In this document: positions 49,201 through 60,363 of the stretch, one piece after another
How positions within the stretch are numbered: the first letter of the stretch is position 1
How the letters are laid out: each line of letters opens with the position of its first letter
Assembly: GCA_030324005.1 (NCBI GenBank)
Contig: JARDVH010000097.1
Location: 67,209,578 to 67,273,577, forward strand
Direction: 5' to 3'
Origin: Negaprion brevirostris
Lineage: Eukaryota
Length of the DNA: 64,000 nucleotides
The notes under the pieces: generated by a model
The model's input: the letters and a program-made list of their open reading frames with translations, nothing else
Database searches by the model: none
Told to the model about the DNA's origin: nothing
Program-made: the position numbers and the translations under genes

Positions 49201-51860
49201 TTAACATCGAGGACTGAAGGTCAGAAATGAATTAGTAAAGCATTACTGACAAACTGGGCACTGGAAGCCTGGGGTATTTTTTGTCATATGTTCTAGAAAC
49301 AACTCTATAATCAAAACACATCACAAAAGATGCAATTCTGACAAAGCTCATAATCAAAGACACATTTTTGTTTTAAAACAAAAGCGGGGGGGAAAAAAAA
49401 AAGAGGAGAAAAATCAGAAAATGAGTGACTCCACCATCACCAACAATAGCAGGCTACAATAACTCATGTTTCAAATCATGAAGCCAGGCAAACAACATCC
49501 TCATTTGGAGGCACTGATGATGATAATAACTGCACATCCTAAGCACTGTATTGGCTGTAAACTTTGAGATGATCTGGAAAAGCACATGTCTAAATGCAAA
49601 CCTCTCTTTTTTCTCCTGGAAGTGACATTGGATACATAATATCTGTCCAAACATGGGGAGGCACAGTATAACAGGATCCAAATGACAGGATCACAGCATG
49701 TTGTGTATGTGCAACGTTCTGAGCCACTAAACTGCTCGGGATGAACCTCAACAAAAACCACTGCCTTTTCTTCCAGGTCTTTTCTGCAAAGATACATTCC
49801 AGGATGGGCAGACATTAATCTCTTTCTGAGAAGACTGTCAAAGTTATTTGTCAGAATGCCTCATCCTCAGAAGTATCAAGACTGTAGTAAGATGATCCAA
49901 ACCCAAAATGTTAACTCCGTTTTTCAAAGATTTATCTTCAGACCTGCCAAGGGTTTATGCAGCATTTTCTCTTTTTACATCAAGACATGGCTGGACTGGA
50001 GGCAAGAAGGGCCCTCCCTGTCAGATCCTTTTGGAGTCTCACCCTCTCAGCATGTTGCCCTCAAAGGGGCTGCATTGGGGAAGAGACTCTTATCTACCTC
50101 CTTCCGGAATATGTCTTTACCGAGGTGGTCTGGAAAGTGATGCAGTGGTATTTGTCAAAGGTCATCTTGCACAGCTCCATGACGCAGCCCTCTCTGCGCT
50201 AAGGGCTGTTCACATACTGTACAGCTCTCGAGAATCATCAACTTGGTGAAAGACATTCTTTGTTGAATGTGACTGAGCAGTGCAAACTGGCACATTCCAA
50301 GGTCCAGAACTGTGTGTTGAGGGACACAAGTTTGAGGCAGCCAATGCAAAGGCATCTTAGGCCTTTCAGTGATTGTGAAAGGAGGGAGACAGTGAGGTAG
50401 TGGTGTTGTCACTGAACTAGTAACCAGAGGTCCAGGGCAAGATCTGGAGGCCTGCCTCTCCAGAGCCACAGGAATGTGATTGACTCCTAAATGGAGGGTA
50501 GTTATGGATGCTGGTCCAGCCTGTAACACTCATATGCCATAAACATTTTTTTAATTAAACGCTGGAAAATGGGTGAATCTCCTTAGGCTAGGTGTAATGA
50601 TTATTATAAGTTGTAAATGAGTAACGTAGTTTTGAAGGAAACATAGTTGATTAGTTTACAAAATGCCAACTTTGAAAGGTCTTCTAGATATCATAGGAAG
50701 AAAGTATACTTCTGGAAAGAAAATCCCCGATACCCATCGTTATGGACTGCCAGGGAGCAGAAATCCCCTCCCCCCCCCCGAAACGTAGAAGTAATTGATT
50801 TTTTTAGCAATTTACCATAGTAATATCGCTATGAAACAGAACTTAATATGGGGAAGGTATGGTTGGCACAAATCTGCAACCTGTTATTCAGCAGTCCAGA
50901 ATATTATCTCGCTGATATATTGGATAGACGTATATTTCCCTAATTCAAATGTTTATCCACGTAACTGTCTTTTTTTGAGTTGCAAGGTCCGCATTCTGGA
51001 AACAGTGGCTGTAGGAATTAGTGACGCTGCTTCATTGATTTTATGGCGCTCGGATGAGGAGATCAAACACTGGAGGAGTTGGTTAGTGAGCGGAGAGAAT
51101 TGAAAGCACCCAGCAGCAGTCATTCTGGACACGGAAACTTGTCTTGCGTAGGCACACTCATCGGGAAGTATGTGGAGAACAGGCGAAATATCTCCTAACC
51201 CATACTTGACTCAGATGGAAATTGGTCAGAGTGGTGGCACTCTCAATGTTAGTACTTGCTTATTGTTTGTATTCGTATAATTTTTACGATAATGATAGTT
51301 TGCCAAGTCCTCAAGATTAAACATTTCCTTTATAATTTTGCTCTGTAACAGTTCCACCACGCTAACTTTCATGGGTTACGGGTAACTCTATACTTTCGGC
51401 GCTTGTGTTTTGTGCCCTTACCCTTTCCAGTTTGTTAGTATTGTTAAATTTTTTTGTTTCTGCTCGTTTCCGACACCAAAGCAGACAAAAAAAACACTCG
51501 ATTTCGAAATAAGAGACTGAGAATATTAAAATCGGGTAATAAATGTATCGCTGCATTGTTACAGTATTTCTAGCATGCTTTAAAAAAAGTAACCAGTTTA
51601 CTTCACAATCAAAAGCATTTTTGAGACAATCCCTGGCTCCGCATTTCAACAAGGGTCAGATACCGCTGTCAATATCTCCCGAGCAACTCAAGTAATTGAA
51701 CACAGACTAGTTTGGTTACATACTTCAGCCTCTCATTGTTCATCCTCTGAACCGCCTTATCCCGCTCCAGCACATCCAGAATCGCATTCACTTCCTCCTT
51801 GCTCAGGAAACTCAGATCCACCGAGTGCTTTGTTTTGGGCGTCCTTAAACGGCAAGACAT
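22016..51860 (-). CDS. EXPH5: EXPH5 exophilin-5 (Slac2-b), Rab27 effector; gene span of 6 coding exons, ~3200 aa
   Basis: N-terminal Slp-homology domain without a zinc finger (DLSFLSKEE..IL.VLERD / GVTGQWFEEI). Huge Ser/Thr/Asn-rich last exon with EXPH5-type C-terminus SDTTTDDEYFLD...KESAL*. Neighbour of POGLUT3. Confidence 0.9.
23630..29100 (-). repeat. Coding tandem repeat array inside EXPH5 exon 6; two ~2.0-kb copies (about 27690-25690 and 25690-23640) plus an older partial third copy
   Basis: TLQSSNEDKSKTLSLVRDDISLIVGNE and GDITLERRLNK.NIQQNKSEIAH each occur twice, at an offset of 2013 nt; CKHETKSALLSGDKVT also occurs twice. More diverged matches at ~28240 and ~28700. Confidence 0.9.
24840..25478. 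other. Assembly gap (639 N) inside the second EXPH5 repeat copy
   Basis: N run whose length equals that of the paralogous segment 26853-27491. Confidence 0.97.
31295..33135 (+). mobile_element. Decayed Penelope-like element (RT + GIY-YIG endonuclease)
   Basis: Remnants LDHD.TTKHQAIV, FYLLPKIHKQDCPGRPIV, LFTMDVRSFYTS, GAMGT, YIDN, GLLYIGKTK, EEQHLIFQLG. Confidence 0.85.
33235..33355 (-). CDS. EXPH5: EXPH5 exon 5 (VRLKAVTAPHAERKINVCCDFGRQTHSEIHCQDLETKTII)
   Basis: Acceptor TCTTAG|GTA, donor TTG|GTAAGT; 121 nt and open; phase 0-1 matches the exon 6 acceptor. Not in the ORF track. Confidence 0.62.
33405..33750 (-). mobile_element. tRNA-derived SINE, near full length; related copy at ~54890-55225
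   Basis: Reverse complement begins TGGCCTAGTGG (A box) ... GGTTCAAATCC (B box) and ends in the GATGGGCAATAAATGC tail. Confidence 0.75.
35550..35712 (-). mobile_element. HE1-type SINE fragment
   Basis: CATAGAATCC.TACAGTGCAG...TTAGCATGGCTAATCCACCTAACC. Confidence 0.75.
36806..36863 (-). CDS. EXPH5: EXPH5 exon 4 (CSNYNSLQPESTNMFSQLR)
   Basis: Acceptor GGTAG|A, donor AGG|GTAAGA; 58 nt; phase 2-0 links exons 3 and 5. Confidence 0.65.
36895..37160 (-). mobile_element. Young CR1 fragment collapsed around a 100-N gap
   Basis: LEGVQRRFTRLIP on one side of the gap and the CR1 3' tail on the other. Confidence 0.8.
38310..38480 (-). CDS. EXPH5: EXPH5 exon 3 (DLKLPQSKSSPQRKNG...SEQNQ)
   Basis: Open frame between a polypyrimidine tract and donor CCA|GTAAGC. 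The exact acceptor (38480 vs 38487) is ambiguous; only 38480 keeps frame with exon 2. Confidence 0.65.
38955..39660 (+). mobile_element. CR1 LINE 3' fragment
   Basis: QF.SPY..KD, R.RGDL, NFFTQK remnants, and tail GAGGGGCCGAATGGC..TCCTGCTCCTATG. Confidence 0.72.
40346..40645 (-). mobile_element. HE1-type SINE, near full length
   Basis: (ATAGA)n tail, HE1 core, tRNA-like head GGCACAGTGGTTAGCA. Confidence 0.85.
44180..44375 (-). mobile_element. HE1-related SINE
   Basis: CCACCTAACCTGCACATC.TTGGACTGTGGGAGGAAACC core and tRNA-like head. Confidence 0.75.
44862..45014 (-). CDS. EXPH5: EXPH5 exon 2 (SHD2: WLKGVTGQWFEEIRNAKF)
   Basis: Acceptor TTTTAG|G, donor CAG|GTTAGT; Rab27-binding TGxWF motif; 153 nt. 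Confidence 0.87.
47340..48000. mobile_element. RTE LINE fragments (minus ~47340-47460; plus ~47820-48000)
   Basis: PGGQ.K.F...LK remnant and C-terminal PSGTICPICDIVCRTTIG zinc-knuckle remnant. Confidence 0.5.
49690..50360 (+). mobile_element. L1/Tx1-like LINE 3' fragment
   Basis: QDMA...RRALPVRSF...CP.RGC.GEET..LL.E.VF...VWK.MQW.LS zf-RVT region; LAHSKVQ. Confidence 0.75.
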
Positions 51861-52220
51861 CGCCTCTGAATCTCGGCAGCGCTCAAACCCCGGGTGAAAT
51901 TGCTCAGCTTTNNNNNNNNNNNNNNNNNNNNNNNNNNNNNNNNNNNNNNNNNNNNNNNNNNNNNNNNNNNNNNNNNNNNNNNNNNNNNNNNNNNNNNNNN
52001 NNNNNNNNNNNCAGCGGTTTCAACCGGCGGCAACCCAGTGGGAACCGCGCCCAATGAGAGGGAAAGCCGCCCTGATGGACATGCCCCACCGACAAATCAC
52101 CACCGCTCTGAGCCAGCCACCAAATCAGCTCAGGAGGAAGGCTCACCTTCACAAGGTGAGTTCCCTGGAACAGAGCCGGGACTGACACATCGAATAACTT
52201 CGCCTTGTGGGTAGACAGAA
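51400..52220 (-). promoter_or_regulatory. CpG-rich promoter/first-exon region of EXPH5
   Basis: High CpG density around the ATG, CCAAT at ~52051, interrupted by a 100-N gap. Confidence 0.6.
51724..51860 (-). CDS. EXPH5: EXPH5 exon 1 (SHD1: VDLSFLSKEEVNAILDVLERDKAVQRMNNERL)
   Basis: ATG at 51860 in a CpG-rich region, donor GAA|GTATGT; 137 nt, ends phase 2. Confidence 0.88.
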
Positions 52221-53579
52221 TACCAAGTACCTGCTAAATAAAAACAAAGTTTAAACTCCCCTTTCTATTGTTCCCCTCTGTCTGAAAATGGGCACAGATG
52301 CAGCAATGTAATCCTTGATCCCCAAATACACAAAATGAGATGGCATTTTAAGCACAAAAACAGCAACAGATTCCGACCAATGTTCATGCTCTACAGGAAC
52401 CTGCTTTCATCCGACTTCACTTCAACCTCTCAATATGACCGTCTACTTTTTTCTTCCTCAAGCATTTAACTAGTTCCACATTTTTTCTAAGGCTTTCTAA
52501 CATTTTTCGAAGATGTAAAGTTCGGATTTACTAGTGATAATCTATACTCCTAGTTTTGAACAAATTGGAACATTTTCTCCATCCGATCAGATACATTCAC
52601 GTTTGTCAGGTCAGGAAGTAATTCAACGTCTTTGAAATGCGGTGCTCGAGGGGGGTCCTCAGGACAAGCTAATTGGGGAAAATAACAAACAAAGAAGTGC
52701 TGAAATGAGGCGGCCGAAAAAGCAAGTGAGCTCTTAAATAATATCAAAAGGTTTCAAATGGAGTTCTTTGGACGTGCCACCCACGCAGCTGGAAATGACA
52801 AATCACCAGCAGAGGGATTAATGGGAGAAGGGCATGAGGCCAACAGTGAAGGGAACATCTAGGGATTAAGACTGGCTCAGCTCCAACAAGGTGGTCCAGT
52901 AATGCTATGATCGAAAAATTTGAAGTGGCAGCTAAATCACTGTATGACAACTAGATGACGACAATCAGGTCACCTTTCAGTCTGATCTGTCTCTTCAATT
53001 TTATTTGATTTATTAAATTTTGTTACTTTTCATTGTGCTAATTTGGTGATTAAGGACATTTAAAACAAATTGGTGAGCCTTATCTGGCTAATTATGATGC
53101 ATATTATCCAAGTATCAACGAGTCACATCGTTAAACTTAAGTTGCTCACGATGTATAAAATTGATCATACTTAAAAAGGAAGAAGAAAATTTGAACTAAG
53201 GACATTATGGGTAACCAGAATCTTATAAAAATAATCAGAGATACATTCTATTCAAAAGGGAACAAAAGTTCCCTACATTGTGACTATTGATGTTTATTCA
53301 CACTACTAGCTTTAACTTACATAGTTATATGTAGAGTATCACATTTGCACATTTTTGTCAGAACTGGTCATCTATATAGCAATTTGGTGAGTATGTAACC
53401 AGAAACCATTCCAGTCCATAGTGTATATATTTGATGTTTATTACACATTATTTGTATAATTGCTTTATTCAGAGTGTAAATAAAGGAGGAATCACAAATT
53501 ATATCCTTTTGGTTCCAACATATCTTTAGTTAAAAATATTTTCCCATTTCTCTAACTAATTTTAAAGTTTCATCTACTA

Positions 53580-53806
53580 ACCCACCTACTGATGGCTTGG
53601 CATCAAGAACAGTTTCTTCCCTGCTGCCATCAGACTTTTGAATGGACTTAACTCATTAAGTTGATCTTTCTCTACACCCTATGACTGTAATACTACATTC
53701 TGCACTCTCTCCTTTCCTTCTCTATGTATGGTATGCTTTGAATATATAGTGCGTAAAAAATATTTTTCACTGTATATCAATACATGTGACAATAATAAAT
53801 CAAATC
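53580..53806 (+). mobile_element. Rex1/Babar-like LINE 3' end
   Basis: KNSFFPAAIRLLNG remnant and 3' end GTGACAATAATAAATCAAATC. Confidence 0.6.
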
Positions 53807-56800
53807 TGTTAATGGTAGCTGTTTAGGGTGGGAGTAAACCTTCAGTACAACTAGCTCACCCCATCCCTCTAGTGCATTTCTAGTAAAAAACTAAAATTTG
53901 TAACTTCAACTTGTTTTCTTCCCTTCAAAAAAATTTAAATTAGGGATCTTTTATTCAGATTGCTAAAAGTCTCAATTTTCTAATATGTGGATTGGACTTG
54001 CAGTTTGTATTAGTTATTGTTTTCTAAGAGTGTTCTCAACAAACTTCAAAAAATTCATGCTGGTGATGATTAGGAAATAGAGATTGCTAGATAGAAAAAA
54101 GTCCATCCAGTTTGCCTTCTGCATTCCTGCTAGTCACATCCAATATGTTTCAACTTGAACTTGGTGGCTGACATCTGAAAAAACTTTGCAATGTCACACA
54201 CCTTCCCCATGTTGTTGCCAAATGCCAGCTGAAACAACTCAAACTACTTAGTTATATATTAACAAACACTGGGCTATGGAATGCCTTTCTAAATTCTTCA
54301 AAAAGGCTGCACACACCACAGAAACAAGGTAATCTGATGGCAGACACAACCTCTATATTCTGTTTCAGTTTGAGAAATTAATCCTCAAAATCATGACAGT
54401 CAAGACAATGGGACTTGTGGAGCAAGGCGAGATTAATCTCAATTTAAACAAGGATGATATCCTTCTTAATACTTTCTTGTTCCCCCTTGTAAATAAAAAT
54501 TGTGTTCTGTTAGTTCTAGGAAATTAGAATTTCTTTTTATTTTGGGCACCCAACGTCAACATCAGGAACAGTCAATTTATTTACCCAACGTGTTAGTTAT
54601 TTCTGAAGGGGAGTCATATTGAGTTCAAAACATTAACACTCTCTCCACAGATGCTGCCAGATCTGCTGGATATTTTTCTCACTCCCTGTTTTGAAATGCC
54701 AACATATTGATCAGGGTGAACGATTAAGAAATATTTGGGATTAGGAATCAGAAGACACCCATCTGGCAGCCCAAACCAGGTCAGTATGTCACAGCACCTG
54801 AAACTGGGCAAATCATAGAATGATAAATGATTGGGTTAAATCATTACCATTGCTTCTATTGATTTTTATAAATAGGTTATAGGAAAGGATTTTTAAAAAT
54901 TAATTATTGAATGCAGGAGTTGCTGGGCTTTTGAATGGCCTACTAGACCATTTCAGAGGGCAGTTAAGAGTCAACCACATTGCTATAGATCTAGAGTCAC
55001 ATGAAGGCCAGACCAGGTGAAGATGGCCGATTGTGTTCCGTAAAAGGACATTAGTGAATTAGGTAGGTTTTTAAGACAATTGACAAAAGTATTATGGTCA
55101 CCATCAGACTTTTACTAAATTCAAATTCCACCATTTGCCATGATGAGATTTGAACTCAGGACCCTAGAGCATTCACCTGGATTTCTATTCCAATGGCACT
55201 ACAACTACACTGCTACCTCCCACCTNNNNNNNNNNNNNNNNNNNNNNNNNNNNNNNNNNNNNNNNNNNNNNNNNNNNNNNNNNNNNNNNNNNNNNNNNNN
55301 NNNNNNNNNNNNNNNNNNNNNNNNNATTCCAATGGCAATACAACTACACTGCTACCTCCCACCTTTCCCTTCAAAATAGTTTAGTACAGGTGAGATATTT
55401 GGCCTAAGAAAACTTGGAACCATCCCACAAATTAAACTTTCATGGAAGGATGGGTTGATGGGAGGGGCATCTATACATTGTTGCATTGATTGATGTGATG
55501 GTGCTCAGGGCATAAACATAAAATAAAAATATAGTACTTGTGATTATAGGAGTCAAGAGATATGGGGAGAAGGTGGGATCAGGATATTGAATTTGATGAT
55601 CAGCCATGATCAAAATGAATATAGTGGAAAGTCTGGAAGGGCTAATGACCTGCTTCTAGTTTCCATGTTGCTGCCTCACCAGATTATTTGCAGCATTTTC
55701 TATTTTTATTTCTGATTTCCAGCATCTGCAATATTTTGCTTTTGTAATGGTAATGCTGTTGCGTTTTGAAGCTACTTCTCAGACATTTGATTGCTTCCCG
55801 TCTTACTGATCCTCGATAAAATACAAATCACTGTCACCAGTAAGGATAATCATCACAGATCCTTTTGGAACTTGAAAGTGAAATGTTTAAAAGGGTTAAT
55901 TAACAGATATCCCTGAATTCTAATAGCCCTACAGAAAAGGAAATCCATGAAGATATTGGTGCAATATGTCCCTAATGAAAATGGATATTGGCTCTTTTAC
56001 ACATTAATGGTGTATTTGGGTCTGCTGGATACCCATGGGAAGAATCACGTCAGTCACTTCCATAATAGTGGAATGCCCTACTTTAATGGTAATAGACTTG
56101 CACTTCCCTACCACTGTTGTTGGTAGCCCCTCAAAATCAAGGATGACATCCGATAGGCTTGGATGACTGAGGAGCTCAATTTTGTAGCCACAAGTTTTAC
56201 TGTAGTGGGACTTTTGTTGTTGCACACAGGAGTTGATTTCATAGCCTCGGGTTAGCTTCCCAATCCTTTCCTTGTCACCACCATTCTGTCTTGCTATCAA
56301 GTCAATGAGTCTCAAAGCCTTGGGTCTTGATGGGCCAGATGGAACCATGATGAGCCGTTCACAGCCTTCACCTCCCAGTTAGTGGTGCAAATGCCTCCAG
56401 GCTTTAGGGCAGTCTTGTCACCTCCCTATATCAACTTGTAGAATAGTGCAATTCAGGTGCAATGGAAGCATTCACTTGTGATCTGAAACTGATGATTTGT
56501 GTTGTCTACTCACAAATGGACAAAGTTTGCATTAGGCAAGGAAAACTAGACACATCAGTTGTTAATTCCACACTGAGAAATGTGCAGAACAATAGGTTTG
56601 AGCAATGCAATGTTGGTCAGTTGATATAAAAATGTCAAAACCCAATATCAGTTGATCTTACCTTGGAGAATAATTATCATTTCATAAAAGCAAATTACTG
56701 CGGATGCTGGAATCTGAAACCAAAAGAGAAAATGNNNNNNNNNNGTTGGAAAATCTCAGCAAGTCTGGCAGCATCTGTAAGAGTCATCTGGAGTCAAAAC

Positions 56801-57964
56801 ATCAACTTTCTCTCCTTCCTACAGATAATTATTATTTAACCTGGTCAACAGTCCAATAAGCTCTGTCTTTTGCAGATTTTAGCTACCTACCTTTATGTTC
56901 AGTATTTGGTCTTCTGAAGCTCAACTATCAGTTCTGATTTGAAAATAATTCTGTTACAGTATTAAAGTTCCTTCCTGTCACTGGGTCAAAATCCTGAAAC
57001 TCCTTCCCAAACAGCACTGTGGGTGTTCCTACACCACATGGATTGAGCCACATGAAGACCACAGCTTTTGCAAAGGAAATTAGGGATGGGCAATAAATTC
57101 TGGCCTAGTCAACAATGTTTCATTCCATGAATGAATAAAGCAAAGATCTAGCCATTGTCTATCCACTTGTATTGACCAGAGTGCAATGGTGAGACATATT
57201 TTCCCCATGTGCAGACAAATAACTGAATTTTTTATTTGTTTCTGGGATAAGCAATGTGCATACTATATTTTGTCAAGATGTATTGTTTAAATATGTGAAC
57301 ATGTATTTCATTTTTTTTAAAACCTCAGTACTAAATGACTCTTTGCCAAATTCTCTCTTATCAAATAATCCAAAGATATGCGCTGGGCTTCACACTATCC
57401 ACTGATTGTCGAAGATCTGTTTCAACATCTATCTCTAGTCACCTTTAGGGGGTGACCAGCAGCTGCAGCAAGGCACAACAAAGCATCAATGTAACAGCTA
57501 CAGAGGCCCAGCCCAACCAGTCCTCTCAAGGTCAAAAATACTGGACAGGAATAGCCAGTCAGTGCCAGGGATAAAAATTCTAGTAGTTGTTGCTATCACC
57601 TCCTGTTTCAACACAGAGAGATATCATATCATAGCTCTGTCAACAGGCCCCCAGTGAATAACAGCAAACTGCTTCCACAGATATTCCCACTGAAACAAAG
57701 TCTCAAGATGCCACACATACTGGATTGCCCAATGGAATTCCCATTCTGCACATAGTGGTTTCTGCCCATGAGAAAACTCTGGTATTGTGGTAAAAGGTAG
57801 CAGAAAGATACTTTAAGTGCAGTCACTGATGTTACATAGGTAAACATGATAGCTATTTGGAGTATGGCAAGAACCCACAAGCAGCAATAAAGGTCAATCA
57901 CCAGCAAATTTGTTTTGATTGTGTTGGTTGGTGGAGTAAAGATTTGTTTTAGTTCAGTATATTT

Positions 57965-58256
57965 TTTAGCATCACAAGCAGACTTACATTAACACTGCAT
58001 TGAAGTTACTGTGAAAATCCCCTAGTCGCCACACTGCGGCACCTGTTTGGGTACACTGAAGGAGAATTTAGCACGGCCAACGCAGCTAACCAGCACGTCT
58101 TTCCAGCTGTGGTAGGAAACCAGAGCACCCGGGGGAAACCCACGTGGACGCAAGGAGAACATGCAGACTCTACACAGACAATGACTCAAGCCAGGAATTG
58201 AATTCGGGTCCCTGGCACTATGAAGCAGCAGTGCTAACTACTGTGGAACCTTGCCA
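57965..58256 (-). mobile_element. HE1-related SINE nested in a Deu-type SINE
   Basis: GGAAACCAGAGCACCCGG.GGAAACCCACG...GAGAACATGCA.ACTC.ACACAGACA core. Confidence 0.75.
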
Positions 58257-60363
58257 CTCCTAACTAGAATACCTGTAGAAATTACTGTTCTTTGCAATGG
58301 GAACGATGATGTATATTGAACAGGTAGATTGATTTAACATTCCATCTGAGAGACAGCATTTATTACAATTAAACATTTCAGCTGTAATCCACTAAAATGT
58401 CCAGTTAGATTAGTGTGCTTCTTGAGTGTGATTTGAGTGAACAAGTGAGCAATTACATTTAGTAGCACAGAATTGCAGAGCTGACTGCCATTACTGCAGC
58501 TTATAGTTTTAGTTTCAAGCACCAGACTAATGGCAGATCCAGTTTAACTGCGGATGATTCAGTAGCCCCTCCAATCTCCAAATTGTTGGTGTTTTAATCA
58601 GACCTTGGTTTTGATCGACAGTGCCCAATTTAAGGGGAAATTTCTCTCTAAAAATGGATGACAAGAGTGTGCCTGGTGTTAAATGATTAATGGTGACTTC
58701 AATCTGTTTCATCCGTGTTCCAGACAAAAATCACACCATTTAATTTCCATTTGTTACCTTGGCAGTGCCCATGAGATGCTTCCAGTCTCTTTACATCTTG
58801 CTTAGCAACATTNNNNNNNNNNNNNNNNNNNNNNNNNNNNNNNNNNNNNNNNNNNNNNNNNNNNNNNNNNNNNNNNNNNNNNNNNNNNNNNNNNNNNNNN
58901 NNNNNNNNNNNNATCTTGCTTAGCAACATTGATTCAGGTCCACACGAGTACTGCAGTGGTAGTACTTCTGTTTTTGTAGGGATATTTAAATCCTGTATAA
59001 AACCTGACTGAAAAAAAAAACAAATCTCAGTCTGGCAGACTCACTTCTCTCATTTGGTGACAGTTTTTTACCTGAGCAGAATATGCCAAAGAATATCCCA
59101 AACACATTATTTTTTCCAATGAATGTCTGAGATCACATTTTGCCAAAGTGGGTCATCTGCACAATCCAGGCCTATGGAAGACTGCTTGTAGAGCTGTGGT
59201 CTAAGGTTCAATCCATAGACTCACTGAGCAAAATTGGAACCAAGAAGCAGCTGAGACTTTTTTCAGATCTGATGTAGAATCTTTTACACTTGTGGTTCTC
59301 CAGCTGGACAAATAGCCCTGAGTCTGTACAGCAGTGCTTTCCAAATGTTTTCCCACTGGGTGCTGGGTTTTCCCATTTTGAAGCTTGAAAATTGTCACGA
59401 CCCCATAGTGAAAATGGGCTGGGGAGTAAAACTGAGAAGGGTAGGGTGGATTTGATAGAGTGAAGGGAGCTTGGGAGGGGAGGAAAGAGATTTGAGAGTG
59501 GGGTGTAGCAGTTAAGCATGGTGGGAAATTTTAAAATGCAGTTTTTTTAAAACTATGTTTTCATAGACTTTTTTGCAACAAGAATCAGACCTTGAAGATC
59601 TGTCCATTAGGCCACGCCCAACAACTGGAAAGTAGTGAGGATTTAAGAGGGCCTCGGAGATGTTAGCAGTCAATTAAGCTCCATGACAGCCATGGCTGCT
59701 CTGGAGTTCACAATCCCAAAAATCCCATTGCTCAATTCCATGGGGATCACAACCCAAAGTTTGAGAAGTTCTGGTGTAGATATTAAATTAGTCTCAGGAG
59801 AATGTTAAGGAAATGGTCTTGTAATGACAATTCAAAGTGTTTCTGCTGACAATATCAAAGGCTGCCTTGGAGTTCTACATCTGTGACTTCCAGAAGGCAG
59901 TGAGACAATTCAGAGTGAATATGCAATACCTGATCCTGAGACTTACATTGATATACAAGGATGGAAAGTTGGTTAAGCTGCAAAATACACTTATAAAATA
60001 GCCATACTTCTGGATTCAAAATATAACACCCAAACTTCTTAATTGCAACACATCCAAATTTGGAGTTCTGGATTTGTGCCAGTGAAGGAAGGAAGGGGTC
60101 ACACTCTCACTCTGTATGAGTGAAGGTTTACAAATGGCATGTGCCAGTTTATAGACTGGTAACTCTCTCCTTTCAGATACTGGAAATGCTTTTTTTTTAA
60201 AAAAATCTACTTTCTCAGCTTCAGCCACTCCTCACAAAAACTTACAGTGGATACCACGCTTGCTCTGAGATTCATGGTAAAAATTTGAATCCATAGTAGC
60301 TCAAAAATAATGCTGCATATTTGCTGTTTTTGCACCAATTAGTGTAGGATGTTAGCATGTTCT

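Noticed and set aside
55187-55364. Direct repeats separated by ~100 nt (CRISPR-like or LTR-like appearance)
   Set aside because: The spacer is an N placeholder; this is a contig-overlap artefact in a vertebrate genome.
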